64,000 nt of DNA from the NCBI GenBank assembly GCA_016215105.1, contig JACRLJ010000022.1:3407-67406 (forward strand), in the 5' to 3' direction. The notes beneath the pieces are model-generated. The model did no database searches and was not told the DNA's origin. It saw nothing but the letters and a program-made list of their open reading frames with translations. The translations under genes were made by a program, and so were the position numbers. The stretch comes from Candidatus Hydrogenedentota bacterium. Lineage in GTDB: Bacteria > Hydrogenedentota > Hydrogenedentia > Hydrogenedentales > SLHB01. This document shows, piece by piece, positions 14,780-24,233 of the stretch (within the stretch, counting starts at the first letter, position 1; every line of letters begins with the position of its first letter).

Positions 14780-16876
14780 ATGAAGCGCTTGCATGTGGTG
14801 TTTATCCGTCCGTCGCGCTATGACGACGAGGGTTACGTAGTACGCTTTGCGCGCGGCGTGTTGCCGTCAAACACCCTGTGTTGTCTCGAGAGCTTGACCG
14901 AGCGGGTGGCGGAACGCCGCGATCTCGGTCCGGACGTACAAGTAACCGTGGACGTGTTTGACGACACGGTGCAGAGGATACCCGTCCACCGTATCGCGAA
15001 ACTCAGCCGTAGGACGGACACTACCGTTGTCGTGGGCTTTGTGGGTGTTCAGAGCAACCAGTTTATGCGCGCGTCGGACCTCGCCCTGGAACTGCGCGAG
15101 CACGGTGTACAGGTCATGATCGGCGGGTTCCACGTCAGCGGCGTATTGACGCTGTTTGAAAAGCCTTCCTATGAACTCCAGCGGCTGCTGGACCACGGGG
15201 TGACGCTGGTGAAGGGCGAAGTGGAAGCGGAGGGCGTCATGGCCATGCTGCTCGGCGATGCCATCAATCGAGCCATGAAGCCCATCTACAACATCACGGA
15301 GTGGCCGGATCTGGCGGCGGCGCCCGTGCCGCGCGCCAGCAAGAAACTGCAGGGCCGTTACGTCGGGAAACAAATGGCGACGATTGACACCAGCCGAGGC
15401 TGCCCGTTTAATTGCTCGTTCTGCACCATTATCAACGTTCAAGGCCGGAGGATGCGCTATCGCTCATCCGCCTTGGTGCTGAAGGCCATTGAAGAGAACT
15501 ACGCGCATGGGGTTCGCTTCTACTTCTTCACGGACGATAACTTTTCACGGAACCCCGTTTGGAATGAAATCTTCGAAGGACTGATCGCGCTGCGGAATCG
15601 GGGTATCAAGGTCCAATTCATGATGCAGACCGACACTCAGGCGCATCGCATCCCGAACTTCGTGGAGAAAGCGGCCGAAGCAGGATGCTACCTCGCCTTC
15701 ATTGGCATGGAGAGTGTGAACCCGGAAAATCTCAAGGCCGTCGGTAAACGGCAAAACCACACGCACGAGTATGTGCAAATGGTGGAGAACTGGCACAACC
15801 ACGGTATCCTGGTGCATGTAGGCTATATCATCGGCTTGCCGTTCGACTCACAAGAGTCCGTCCGCCACGACATGGACTACCTGCGCAACCAAATCAAAGT
15901 GGATCTGGCGTCCTTGTTCATGTTGACGCCTCTTCCGGGCTCCCGTGACCACTGGCAGATGATTCAGGACCACGTCCCCGTCGATGGAGACTATAACGAG
16001 TACGACGGGCTTCACGAGACCTTCCGCCACGAGCTCATGCCAAACGGCGCCTGGCGCGCCGCCTATGACGAGGCCATGAACATCCTCTACAGTAAAGAGA
16101 ACATCATTGCCGCGCTGTTGCGCACCACGCCCCAGCGCTATTGGGAAATTCTTGGATTCTCGATCTGGTACCGCTACAGCGCGTTGATAGGCGCGCACCC
16201 GATGGCGACTGGCATCTTCCGCCTCAAGGATCGGCGTTCCCGGCGCCCGATCTTCCCGCGCGAAAACGTACTTCAGTATGGTTGGCGCCGCATGAAGGAC
16301 TCGTACCACGGCCTCATGACCTATCTCGGCCTCTTCTTCGAGTTCCAGGAGGTCTGGATGCTCACTCGAAAGCCGAGCGATCCACGCTGGGCCACCCTCG
16401 CCGACCTGCGCGAAAGATGGTCCGGCGTTCAGCGGCGTATTGCGGAGTACGACCTGCAAGGGCGTTATGCCGACGCCGCCCAGGAACTCAAAGTGATGCT
16501 GTCAAGCACTGCGGATCGACTGCGCCAGTTGAGCCGGGCAAGCGGCCATGTCAGCTTTTTCGTCCGGCGCAATCTGCAAAAGAAGGCTGCGGAAGTGGAG
16601 AGCTATCTGAGAACCTTCGATGTCCAAATGCCGGGCTGGAATCATGTCGCCGATGCCGAGCGCTTTGTCAGCCAGACCGTCATTGCCGGCTACGAAGAGA
16701 TCGCAATCCGCTATGTGGCGAAGCGCCGCCAATTCAACGCCTTTCGCCGAGATTCATTCGAGCGGATCAAGGCAGGGCGGCTGCTGAGTGTTAACCTGCT
16801 TCGAGTCCCGTATGCGATGGTGTGTGAGATCTTCTTCGCCTCTCGATTTGCCATGCATTTCCTTGCCCGCATCTGA
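14780..16876 (+). CDS. B12-binding-domain radical SAM protein with long C-terminal extension
   Basis: The N-terminus MKRLHVVFIRPSRYDDEGYVV...VVGFVGVQSNQ resembles a B12-binding Rossmann-like domain. Cys triad DTSRGCPFNCSFCT. About 230 further residues follow with no recognised family. Confidence 0.9.
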   Translation: MKRLHVVFIRPSRYDDEGYVVRFARGVLPSNTLCCLESLTERVAERRDLGPDVQVTVDVFDDTVQRIPVHRIAKLSRRTDTTVVVGFVGVQSNQFMRASDLALELREHGVQVMIGGFHVSGVLTLFEKPSYELQRLLDHGVTLVKGEVEAEGVMAMLLGDAINRAMKPIYNITEWPDLAAAPVPRASKKLQGRYVGKQMATIDTSRGCPFNCSFCTIINVQGRRMRYRSSALVLKAIEENYAHGVRFYFFTDDNFSRNPVWNEIFEGLIALRNRGIKVQFMMQTDTQAHRIPNFVEKAAEAGCYLAFIGMESVNPENLKAVGKRQNHTHEYVQMVENWHNHGILVHVGYIIGLPFDSQESVRHDMDYLRNQIKVDLASLFMLTPLPGSRDHWQMIQDHVPVDGDYNEYDGLHETFRHELMPNGAWRAAYDEAMNILYSKENIIAALLRTTPQRYWEILGFSIWYRYSALIGAHPMATGIFRLKDRRSRRPIFPRENVLQYGWRRMKDSYHGLMTYLGLFFEFQEVWMLTRKPSDPRWATLADLRERWSGVQRRIAEYDLQGRYADAAQELKVMLSSTADRLRQLSRASGHVSFFVRRNLQKKAAEVESYLRTFDVQMPGWNHVADAERFVSQTVIAGYEEIAIRYVAKRRQFNAFRRDSFERIKAGRLLSVNLLRVPYAMVCEIFFASRFAMHFLARI

Positions 16877-16959
16877 CGCCAAGAGCCCGGCCAGCTACCG
16901 CGTCTGGCTCGATCCGACTGGAAGGAATAAACGAGCCTGGCTGCCGTTAGGGTTACATT

Positions 16960-17931
16960 ATGAAATCGTATCTGACAATTGCGCGCGCGCGCTTGACACG
17001 CCATCACGTGACAGGTTTGTTCGCGCTTGCCGCGGCTTGTGCCCTGCTTTTCACCGGGCAAGTTGAGAGCGCCGAACCCGCAAACGGCGCGGATACTGCC
17101 GCCGGCGCGCCCGGCGCCAAAGGCGGCGCCGTTGCCGGGAGTAGCAGCGGCCCAACCGTATTGTTGAGCTTTCGCGAAGAGGTGTTTGTGAAGAATCCCA
17201 TTTCGTCCTTCATGTATTTTGTTCCGCTGATATCTCCGACTTCCGTCGACAGGCAAACCAGCGCCAACAACGACGTCGAGGTCGCTGTCATCTCATATGG
17301 ACAGAAGATCGGCGCAAAATCCTTTCGTGTGGCTTGCGAGTTCGAAACACGCGGAAGGGGTTTTCAGAAGTACATATTCAATTCGGCGGGGATGATAGCG
17401 GCGCACACCGCTGACCTAAAGGAGAATGAGCCGCTGACAACTACGCTGGACTTCATCAACTTTGAGGGAGAAGGATTTATTCGCATCGAAGTTGAAGGAA
17501 CGATTAACGACTCCACCGAGACGGTTATGGAGGTGAACTTGCAGTTCAACGCGCGAGGGCGGAGAAGTCCAGTAACCATTGGTCTCTATGACATCAAGCC
17601 CAAGGACGGAAAGTACGAGTACGAGAATAGAACCAACGAGTGTGTGGCTCGGGTGAACACACTCGCATTCAAGAAGTGCGATACGACACCGAGGATGGGG
17701 GTAAGTGTCGCGTCGATCACTACGGCAGCCGCATCGGAGGGTTTCGTAGCCCGCTTCAAGGGGCTGATTGCGAATCTGCTGATAAGGCCACCGAAGATCG
17801 CCGAGCTCGGCAACGAGACAATGCTCGACTTTGGATATGCGATACTCAAGCAGAAGCCTGAGTTTACGTTCCCAAAAGCGAAGAATATTACGGAAGACAG
17901 AACCGTTACCATTCCCGCCCGCAATTCCTGA
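16960..17931 (+). CDS. Secreted hypothetical protein (323 aa)
   Basis: Signal-like N-terminus LFALAAACALLFTGQVESAEP. No family recognised. Lies 83 nt after the radical SAM gene, same strand. Confidence 0.55.
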   Translation: MKSYLTIARARLTRHHVTGLFALAAACALLFTGQVESAEPANGADTAAGAPGAKGGAVAGSSSGPTVLLSFREEVFVKNPISSFMYFVPLISPTSVDRQTSANNDVEVAVISYGQKIGAKSFRVACEFETRGRGFQKYIFNSAGMIAAHTADLKENEPLTTTLDFINFEGEGFIRIEVEGTINDSTETVMEVNLQFNARGRRSPVTIGLYDIKPKDGKYEYENRTNECVARVNTLAFKKCDTTPRMGVSVASITTAAASEGFVARFKGLIANLLIRPPKIAELGNETMLDFGYAILKQKPEFTFPKAKNITEDRTVTIPARNS

Positions 17932-18029
17932 CATGCTCAGCGCCATGGCCCGTCTGGTACTTCTTGCATGAACTGCGGAGGGCGCCGAGGCCAACCCAAC
18001 GGGTTTTCTGATCGCCACCGCTGGCACGG

Positions 18030-18068
18030 GCGCCGCGTCAAAAAGCCGACTCTCGGCCGGATTCCTAG
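18030..18068 (+). repeat. CTAG-bounded repeat, copy C (3-prime module only)
   Basis: GCGCCGCGTCAAAAAGCCGACTCTCGGCCGGATTCCTAG. Its terminal CTAG contains the TAG stop (minus strand, 18067..18065) of the OmpR-type regulator. Confidence 0.75.
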
Positions 18069-18790
18069 GCGGGGGTGTCCTCGAAACGGTAGCCGGTACC
18101 GCGCACGGTGATGATGAAGGACGGGGCGCTCGGGTCGTCCTCGATTTTCTTTCGGATGTGGCCGATATGGACATCAACGACTTTCGGAATGCTGCAACTC
18201 GAGTCCTTCCAGGCGAATTCAAGAAGCTTCTCGCGCGTGAACACATGTTCGGGACGCCGCGCGAGCGTGTAGAGCAGGTCGAACTCCACCCCGGTCAAGT
18301 CGATGGGTACATCGTCTTTCCAGACGCGCCGTTCACCCGGGTCCAATCGCAGGCGCCGGAAACTCAGCGTCTTGTCCGCCTGGACCACGTCCCTGGACCT
18401 GCGCAGAATCGCCTCGACTCGGGCGCCCAGTTCCTGCAGGTCGAACGGCTTGGAAACGTAGTCGTCCGCGCCTAGAGCTAGCGTCATTACTTTCACAGCC
18501 GAGATGTTCGTAGAACTCAGCATGAGAATAGGTACGCTGTCCGAATCGCGCAGTGTGCGAAGCACTTCGATCCCGTCTAGAGAACGTTCTTTCTTTGTTG
18601 TGATGTCCGGAAAGTTGATGTCGAGCACAACAAGGTCGAACGCCATGGACTTGGCGGCGGCCAGCGCGGAACGCCCATCCGCGGCAGTCGCCACCTCGTA
18701 GCCCAGCTTTTCGAGATGCGTCTGGACGGCCCGCAGCAGTTTGGAGTCGTCATCGACGATAAGGATCTTGCTTTTCAGAGGCTTTGTCAC
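18065..18790 (-). CDS. OmpR/PhoB-family response regulator (receiver plus winged helix)
   Basis: GTG start at 18790 with RBS AAGGA. ILIVDDDSKLL...VVLDINFPD...YVSKP. The C-terminus LTGVEFDLLYTLARRPEHVFTREKLLE...VDVHIGHIRKKIE...TVRGTGYRF is the OmpR-type trans_reg_C pattern. Confidence 0.9.
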   Translation of the reverse strand: MTKPLKSKILIVDDDSKLLRAVQTHLEKLGYEVATAADGRSALAAAKSMAFDLVVLDINFPDITTKKERSLDGIEVLRTLRDSDSVPILMLSSTNISAVKVMTLALGADDYVSKPFDLQELGARVEAILRRSRDVVQADKTLSFRRLRLDPGERRVWKDDVPIDLTGVEFDLLYTLARRPEHVFTREKLLEFAWKDSSCSIPKVVDVHIGHIRKKIEDDPSAPSFIITVRGTGYRFEDTPA

Positions 18791-18830
18791 GACCAAAAAT
18801 CCTTGTGGTAGCCCACGGTAACCCAAGCGG

Positions 18831-21080
18831 CTATTCGCCCAGGGTGAAGTAGAACGTCGCACCATGATCGGTCTGACCTTCGGCCCATATGCGGCCGCCG
18901 TGGCGCTCGACGATACGTTTGGCAAGCGCCAGGCCAACCCCCGATCCCTCGACGTCTTGAGATCGATGAAGCCGGTGAAACGCTAAGAACATCGATTCCG
19001 CGTGGCTCATGTCAAAACCCATGCCATTGTCGCGGACAAAGTAAATCGTCTCGCCGTCGAGCTGCGCGCATCCTACATGAATCTCCGCCCGCTCGCGCTG
19101 ACGCGTAAACTTCAAGGCATTCGCCAACACGTTCAAGTAGACTTGCTTCAGTAGCGCGCGATCCGCAATGCACGGAGGCAGCTCGTCAATCACGACCTCC
19201 ACGTCGCGGCCTTGACGTTCGTCCTGCAGTTCCTCCAGCGCTTCCTGCGCCAGCCGGCCTATATCAACACGCCGCTTCTTCATGGGTTCACGGCTTAATC
19301 GCGAGAACGCGAGCAGATCCTCGATGAGTTTGCCCATCTGGTGAGTGCTGTCCAGAATCATCCGAACTTTTTCCACCGCCCCGTGCGGGAGCTGGGCGCC
19401 GTGCTCCTGAAGCAGCAAGTGCGCGATCTTGTTCGTGAGCCGCAAGGGAGTTCGCAAGTCATGGGACACCGAATGACTGTACGAATCAAGCTCTTCGTTG
19501 ATTTCCTCCAGAGCGGCGCTATGCTGTTGGAGTACTTCGTTCAACTTCTGGACGCGCAGTTCGGTGTCCTTCTTTTCCGTTATATCAAGCAGCATGCTGA
19601 ACGATCGAACGGCCTTACCGCTGTCATCGCAATCAAATCCGCCGAGCGCCCATAGCCAATGTACGGTTCCGTCCGGCCAACGCGTTCTAAACTCGGTGCT
19701 GTATTCCCACCCCTCGCTCATAGCGGCGTGAAACGCCTCTTCGAGGGCCACCCGATCATCGGCGTGTACCCGGTTGATCCACGCTTCGTAGCTGGGTTTC
19801 ACGGAGCCAACTTCGTACCCGAACTCACGGTAGCACTCATCATTCCAAGTCATCTCGTTGTCGGGAATATTCCACTCCCAAGTTGCCATCTTCACCGCTT
19901 GCAGGGCCAGCCGCAGGCGTTCCTCGCTTCTGCGCAGCGTCTCGGATTTCTCGCGCAACAGTTCGTTGGCCTCAGCCATCTCCTCGCCTTGTTCATGCAG
20001 TTGTTCATTGGCGGATTGCAGTTGCTCATTGGCGGATTGCAGTTGCTCATTGGCGGATTGCAGATCACTAGTCTTTACGGACAGTTCAAGGGTCCGTTGC
20101 TCGACCAATTCCTCCAGATGATGGCGGTGTTCTTCCAGTTCCGCTTGGGCCTTCTTCCGCTCCGTAATATCGCGCGCGATTATGGAGATTCCATTCGTCT
20201 TGCCAGCCGCGTCCATCAACGGGGAAATCGTCAGTGCTACATGTATGGCTATTCCCGACTTGGTGATCTGGCTCGTCTCATAGCCTTTGATTTGCTGTCC
20301 AAGGCGCGTTTGCTCGGTGAACATTGCGACATCGGAGATGCGGTTGCGGGGCACGATGATGGAAATCGGCTGGCCAACCGCCTCTTCCGCGGAAAAGCCG
20401 TAGATGCGTTCAGCGGCGGCGTTCCAAGTCAAGATTGTGCCGTCGAGGGCATTGCTGATGATGGCGTCGCTGGACGTTTCAACGATCGATGCCAACCACA
20501 TGCGTGTCTTGGCCGCGTCAAACACCTCGGACAGGTTGGTGACGACAACGCAGAGCGCGTGTAGTCCTCCCACCTCGAATGCGGCGGCGGAGAGATTCGC
20601 GGGCATGGTCGTCCCGTCTGCGCGTGCCAGGCAAATGGTAATGATTCCGGATTCCGCGGCCACTTCACTTAGAAAAGCGCTCAGTCTCGGCGCGTCTTCT
20701 TGGGTTATAAAATCCGCAAGCGGTCTGCCCAGTATTCGCTCGCTCGTCATTCCTATGAACGTGACGAATCGGTTGTTACAGGATAGGATAGCGCCGTTAG
20801 CGCCAAGGGTCACGACGCCTTCGTTAAGGACATCCAGTATGACACGATAGGGGTAATCCGCCCCTTCCAGAGCAAAGACTCTTTCGCCATCCGGTCCGGA
20901 GACAACGAGCGCGTCGACCCCACCGCTTTGAATTGCCTGGATAGTGGCCTCGGCCTCCTCGAGGCGGGCGCGCAGTACTTCTATCTCGCGAAGCAAATCG
21001 CCGCTCTTCCTGGCTGCGGAAGTTGATCTGTCCGGCGCGGGGGAACTCGATTTGCCGGTCTTGGCCGTTGTCATACCCAT
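18831..21080 (-). CDS. Multi-PAS sensor histidine kinase
   Basis: Several PAS/PAC blocks; coiled coil with (SANEQLQ)x3; H-box YSHSVSHDLRTPL; HATPase LANALKFT...DNGMGF...GSGVGLA. Confidence 0.95.
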   Translation of the reverse strand: MGMTTAKTGKSSSPAPDRSTSAARKSGDLLREIEVLRARLEEAEATIQAIQSGGVDALVVSGPDGERVFALEGADYPYRVILDVLNEGVVTLGANGAILSCNNRFVTFIGMTSERILGRPLADFITQEDAPRLSAFLSEVAAESGIITICLARADGTTMPANLSAAAFEVGGLHALCVVVTNLSEVFDAAKTRMWLASIVETSSDAIISNALDGTILTWNAAAERIYGFSAEEAVGQPISIIVPRNRISDVAMFTEQTRLGQQIKGYETSQITKSGIAIHVALTISPLMDAAGKTNGISIIARDITERKKAQAELEEHRHHLEELVEQRTLELSVKTSDLQSANEQLQSANEQLQSANEQLHEQGEEMAEANELLREKSETLRRSEERLRLALQAVKMATWEWNIPDNEMTWNDECYREFGYEVGSVKPSYEAWINRVHADDRVALEEAFHAAMSEGWEYSTEFRTRWPDGTVHWLWALGGFDCDDSGKAVRSFSMLLDITEKKDTELRVQKLNEVLQQHSAALEEINEELDSYSHSVSHDLRTPLRLTNKIAHLLLQEHGAQLPHGAVEKVRMILDSTHQMGKLIEDLLAFSRLSREPMKKRRVDIGRLAQEALEELQDERQGRDVEVVIDELPPCIADRALLKQVYLNVLANALKFTRQRERAEIHVGCAQLDGETIYFVRDNGMGFDMSHAESMFLAFHRLHRSQDVEGSGVGLALAKRIVERHGGRIWAEGQTDHGATFYFTLGE
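20000..20062. repeat. 3 x 21-nt perfect/near-perfect tandem repeat inside the kinase CDS
   Basis: GTTG(T/C)TCATTGGCGGATTGCA x3, encoding the heptad SANEQLQ on the minus strand. Confidence 0.9.
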
Positions 21081-21092
21081 TTTGGCTGCACT

Positions 21093-21458
21093 CTATTTCT
21101 TCGGAACCAAGTCGAGACCGAGAAGCACACTATCCCGTTGAGAAAGGTCCCCGACCAAGCGGCGTAGTGGCAGCGGTAGTACTTTTACCAGCGTCGGCGT
21201 GGCCACGATTTGCTCGCCCTTCGCCAAGGACGGCTGCTTATAGACGTCAATGATCTCAACGTCATAGCGCCCATCTAGATACTCCGCGCATATGGATTTG
21301 ATATTCTGAATCGCACGAACCGAGTTGGGGGTTGCGCCCGTGACATACAAACGGAGCGAGTACCGGTCTTCGGGTGTTTTCTGCCAGTCCGGGGCCGCGC
21401 CTGCAATTGTCGTTTTCGGCTTGGCCTTTGTCACCTTCTTCTTGCCATTCGAGCGCAT
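21093..21458 (-). CDS. kaiB: KaiB (second copy) with basic N-terminal extension
   Basis: YSLRLYVTGATPNSVRAIQNIKSICAEYLDGRYDVEIIDVYKQPSLAKGEQIVATPTLVKVLPLPLRRLVGDLS is the KaiB thioredoxin-like core. It is preceded by the K-rich MRSNGKKKVTKAKPKTT. Confidence 0.9.
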   Translation of the reverse strand: MRSNGKKKVTKAKPKTTIAGAAPDWQKTPEDRYSLRLYVTGATPNSVRAIQNIKSICAEYLDGRYDVEIIDVYKQPSLAKGEQIVATPTLVKVLPLPLRRLVGDLSQRDSVLLGLDLVPKK

Positions 21459-21464
21459 CGATCT

Positions 21465-21845
21465 CTACTCCAGGCCCCGCGGACGCAATTGAAGTCCCAC
21501 GAGCACCTTGTCGGTGTCGGATAGGTGGCCGATGATTTTTCGGACGGGCTCGGGTAATCGGCGGACCAGGGTCGGTACGGCAACAATTTGATCGCCCTTG
21601 GCAAGCTGCGGGTTCTTGAGGAGGTCTATGACCTCGATATGATATTTCCCCGCCAAGTGCTCTTCACAGATACCCTTGAGATTCGCGAAGGCGGTCAGGG
21701 ATCGGGGCGTTTGGCCCGCCACGTAGAGGCGCAACTCCCAAAGCTCCGGGCTCCGATGCGTGTCCTCTCCGGAAGCTCTCTTGGACTTTGTTCGTGACTG
21801 TGTTTTGTTGCGTCCATCGGGTCCGTTCTTGGTCGCCTTTTTCAT
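21465..21845 (-). CDS. kaiB: KaiB (first copy) with basic N-terminal extension
   Basis: [74 protein letters not shown]. Overlaps the kaiC stop by 4 nt. Confidence 0.9.
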   Translation of the reverse strand: MKKATKNGPDGRNKTQSRTKSKRASGEDTHRSPELWELRLYVAGQTPRSLTAFANLKGICEEHLAGKYHIEVIDLLKNPQLAKGDQIVAVPTLVRRLPEPVRKIIGHLSDTDKVLVGLQLRPRGLE

Positions 21846-23587
21846 TTCCCGTCGTCCTTAACCGGGGTGAACCGTCTTGACCTTTCAGTTCGCGACTGAA
21901 CGAGCCGTGAGCGCTGTGCCTGCGCGTGTTTTTCACGTAATCCTTCCTGCTCGATATCCGTCATCACGGCATTTGCCTCGGCGTCAAATTCGGACTGAAG
22001 CGCTTTGAGACGCGCGAGCAAGGCGGTGTGCTTGTGGTCTAGGCTTCGGCGTCTGCTTTGGCGCGACTGCTCATTGGCAATGCCATTGGACTTTTCGCGC
22101 GCCTGAAGGGCCTCGCGAGAGGAACCGGTAACGATTCCGTCAGGTCCGATGGCGACCTTAATCAGTCTTGCGCCATGATTCGTCAGCACGAATTCGCGGA
22201 TTTGATTGGAATGGGGCATTCCACGCGATTTCAAAATATACAAGCTTCGGTTGCGTTCGCCAGCCTGTTCCAAGTTGCGCAACAGGAGCCAGGTATCGAT
22301 CAGGGAAGAGATTCCCACTTCCGCTGCGCCCGGCGTGGTGTCTTCTGAAATCAGGCTGGTGAAAACGGCGGTAATCTGCCGGGATTTCAGGAAATCCACT
22401 ATCCGCAGGAGCATCGTCTTGGCGTCACCATGCGAGCCTACGGCCTCAAAGTCGGTGATGGGGTCTATAACGACATTTCGAGGTCTGAACTGCTCGATCT
22501 CCTGGTGTACGGTGACCAAATGCATCTCGAGCCCCAGCAGTGTGGGGCGGGAGGCCTTGATTTGCAGCAGTCCCTTTTTCAGCCATTGCCCGAGGTCGAG
22601 TCCAATGGATCTCATATTGCGAAGAATTTGGCTTTCGGATTCCTCGAACGCCAGGAATGAGCAACGCTCGCCGCGGCGGCAGGCGGCATCCACAAAATGA
22701 GCCGCCATGCTCGTCTTGCCTGTGCCTGGCGTGCCGGTAATCAGGACGGTGCTCCCGCGGAAATATCCCTTTCCGCCCAGCATGGCGTCCAGCTCGGGAA
22801 TGCCGCTCGACAGCCGGGCGGATGTCGCCTGGTGCTCCAAACTTAGCCCGGTGACCGGTAGTACGGAGAACCCCTGCTTATCGATCAGGAAGGGGTACTC
22901 GTTGGTTCCATGGATCGTTCCCCGGTACTTGACCACGCGCATCCGGCGCGTCGCCATCTGGTCGATCACGCGGTGATCGAGCAGTATCACGCAATCCGAG
23001 ACATATTCCTCGAGACCTTGCCGAGTGAGTGTACTTACGCCGCGCTCCGCGGTGATGACGGCCGTAAGACCCTCATCCTTGAGCCAGCGAAACAGCCTGC
23101 GCAGTTCTCCGCGCAGGATGAAGTCGTTGGACAGGCCGGCAAAGAGAGCTTCAACGGTGTCCAGGACGATGCGTTTCGCGCCGATGGATTTGACGGCGTG
23201 CGCGATGCGTATGAAGAGCCCTTCCAAATCATACTCGCCCGATTCCAGAATCTCGCAGCGTTCCACGTGGACGTAGTCAATCGCCAGCTTCTTCTGCCGG
23301 GAGAGTTTGTCGAGATCAAACCCCAGAGATCGAACGTTCTTGGCCAGTTCGTCGGCGGTTTCCTCGAACGCGATGAAGACCCCCGGTTCGCCGAACTCGA
23401 CCGCGCCGCGGACGAGGAATTCGATGGCGAACAGCGTCTTCCCGCTGCCCGCGCCCCCGCATACCAGCGTCGGGCGGCCCCGGGGAATCCCGCCATTTGT
23501 AATTTCATCCAGGCCGGCAATTCCCGTAGGGGACTTGGCCAATCCATTACCTGAGCGCGTTTCCGTCTTCCGTTTCTTTCTCAACAT
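21842..23587 (-). CDS. kaiC: KaiC with ~60-aa C-terminal helical extension
   Basis: Two RecA-like halves with Walker A GGAGSGKT and [29 protein letters not shown] and [22 protein letters not shown]. The phospho-site region reads [12 protein letters not shown]. The tail is ...[41 protein letters not shown]... Confidence 0.95.
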   Translation of the reverse strand: MLRKKRKTETRSGNGLAKSPTGIAGLDEITNGGIPRGRPTLVCGGAGSGKTLFAIEFLVRGAVEFGEPGVFIAFEETADELAKNVRSLGFDLDKLSRQKKLAIDYVHVERCEILESGEYDLEGLFIRIAHAVKSIGAKRIVLDTVEALFAGLSNDFILRGELRRLFRWLKDEGLTAVITAERGVSTLTRQGLEEYVSDCVILLDHRVIDQMATRRMRVVKYRGTIHGTNEYPFLIDKQGFSVLPVTGLSLEHQATSARLSSGIPELDAMLGGKGYFRGSTVLITGTPGTGKTSMAAHFVDAACRRGERCSFLAFEESESQILRNMRSIGLDLGQWLKKGLLQIKASRPTLLGLEMHLVTVHQEIEQFRPRNVVIDPITDFEAVGSHGDAKTMLLRIVDFLKSRQITAVFTSLISEDTTPGAAEVGISSLIDTWLLLRNLEQAGERNRSLYILKSRGMPHSNQIREFVLTNHGARLIKVAIGPDGIVTGSSREALQAREKSNGIANEQSRQSRRRSLDHKHTALLARLKALQSEFDAEANAVMTDIEQEGLREKHAQAQRSRLVQSRTERSRRFTPVKDDGK

Positions 23588-23698
23588 GCTGGCGCCAAGC
23601 CCTCCGATTGTTCTTACTCCAAGCCGTCACTGACGAGTACCCAGAAAGAACTCTTTGGCGTTCATAGGTACACCTTGACTCAATCGAACCACTCCAAG

Positions 23699-23726
23699 AT
23701 GAAGTTTTGGTAAAGGGCGGGTAAAG
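23699..23726 (-). promoter_or_regulatory. Phased direct repeats (2 consensus units plus 1 weak) upstream of kaiC
   Basis: Plus-strand GGTAAAG at 23709..23715 and 23720..23726 gives minus-strand CTTTACC twice, 11 bp apart. A weaker CTTCAT is in phase. About 120-140 nt before the kaiC start. Confidence 0.5.
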
Positions 23727-23768
23727 ATTCACTATACAACGTTGGCGCCCGGAGAGTTCCGCCTACGA

Positions 23769-23878
23769 CTAGAGGCGTGGCCAGAAAGCCTCCGCACGAG
23801 CCAGCGCTGGTATTGAACAACTTACAGATGCTTTCTGGCCGCGCCGCGTCAAGAAGCCGGCTTTCCGGCCGGAAACCC
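23769..23878 (+). repeat. CTAG-bounded repeat, copy B (near full length, degenerate 3-prime end)
   Basis: CTAGAGGCGTGGCCAGAAAGCCTCCGCACGAGCCAGCGCTGGTATTGAACAACTTACAGATGCTTTCTGGCCGCGCCGCGTCAAGAAGCCGGCTTTCCGGCCGGAAACCC. Confidence 0.75.
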
Positions 23879-24084
23879 ACGTGAGGATTGGCGGGCGCCC
23901 GTACTATGGATTCGGCGATTCTCATGGCTCCTGGCAACGTCCTCAGATTACGCCCGCGATGGCCTGCCCCGTAGACGGTCCGTTCCGGTGTCCTACTCAG
24001 CAGTATACATCAATCCCCAGAGTATGGATACACCCTGATACTGCCCGCCTCACACCGCGAGTGAGCGTGGGCAGTGCCCGCGGG

Positions 24085-24128
24085 ATTTACCAAATTTTTA
24101 CCGGTCTTTTGCCGGGAAATTACGTAAC
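24085..24128 (+). promoter_or_regulatory. Phased 11-bp direct-repeat array (4 units) upstream of 24234
   Basis: Units at 24085, 24096, 24107, 24118: ATTTAC, TTTTAC, TTTTGC, AATTAC. Confidence 0.65.
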
Positions 24129-24233
24129 TCCGGCTCAATAGAGGCGTTGGCGCGGTCCAGGCCGGACGCAGGGGCCACAAGGATTCCATCGTGCGGCCAA
24201 ACGATCAATCGAAAAAGGAAAGGGTGGACACCG

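Noticed and set aside
17416-18246. 276-aa ORF on the minus strand
   Set aside because: It overlaps the end of the secreted protein gene, repeat copy C and the regulator gene in a different frame. Ser/Arg/Pro-rich and implausible.
20000-20062. CRISPR-like short tandem repeat
   Set aside because: Three contiguous 21-nt units with no spacers, inside a CDS, encoding the heptad SANEQLQ. It is a coding coiled-coil repeat, not a CRISPR array. No CRISPR array was seen anywhere in the window.
19659-20564. 301-aa ORF on the plus strand, plus several shorter ones
   Set aside because: Antisense to the multi-PAS kinase (18831..21080), which has clear H-box and ATPase motifs.
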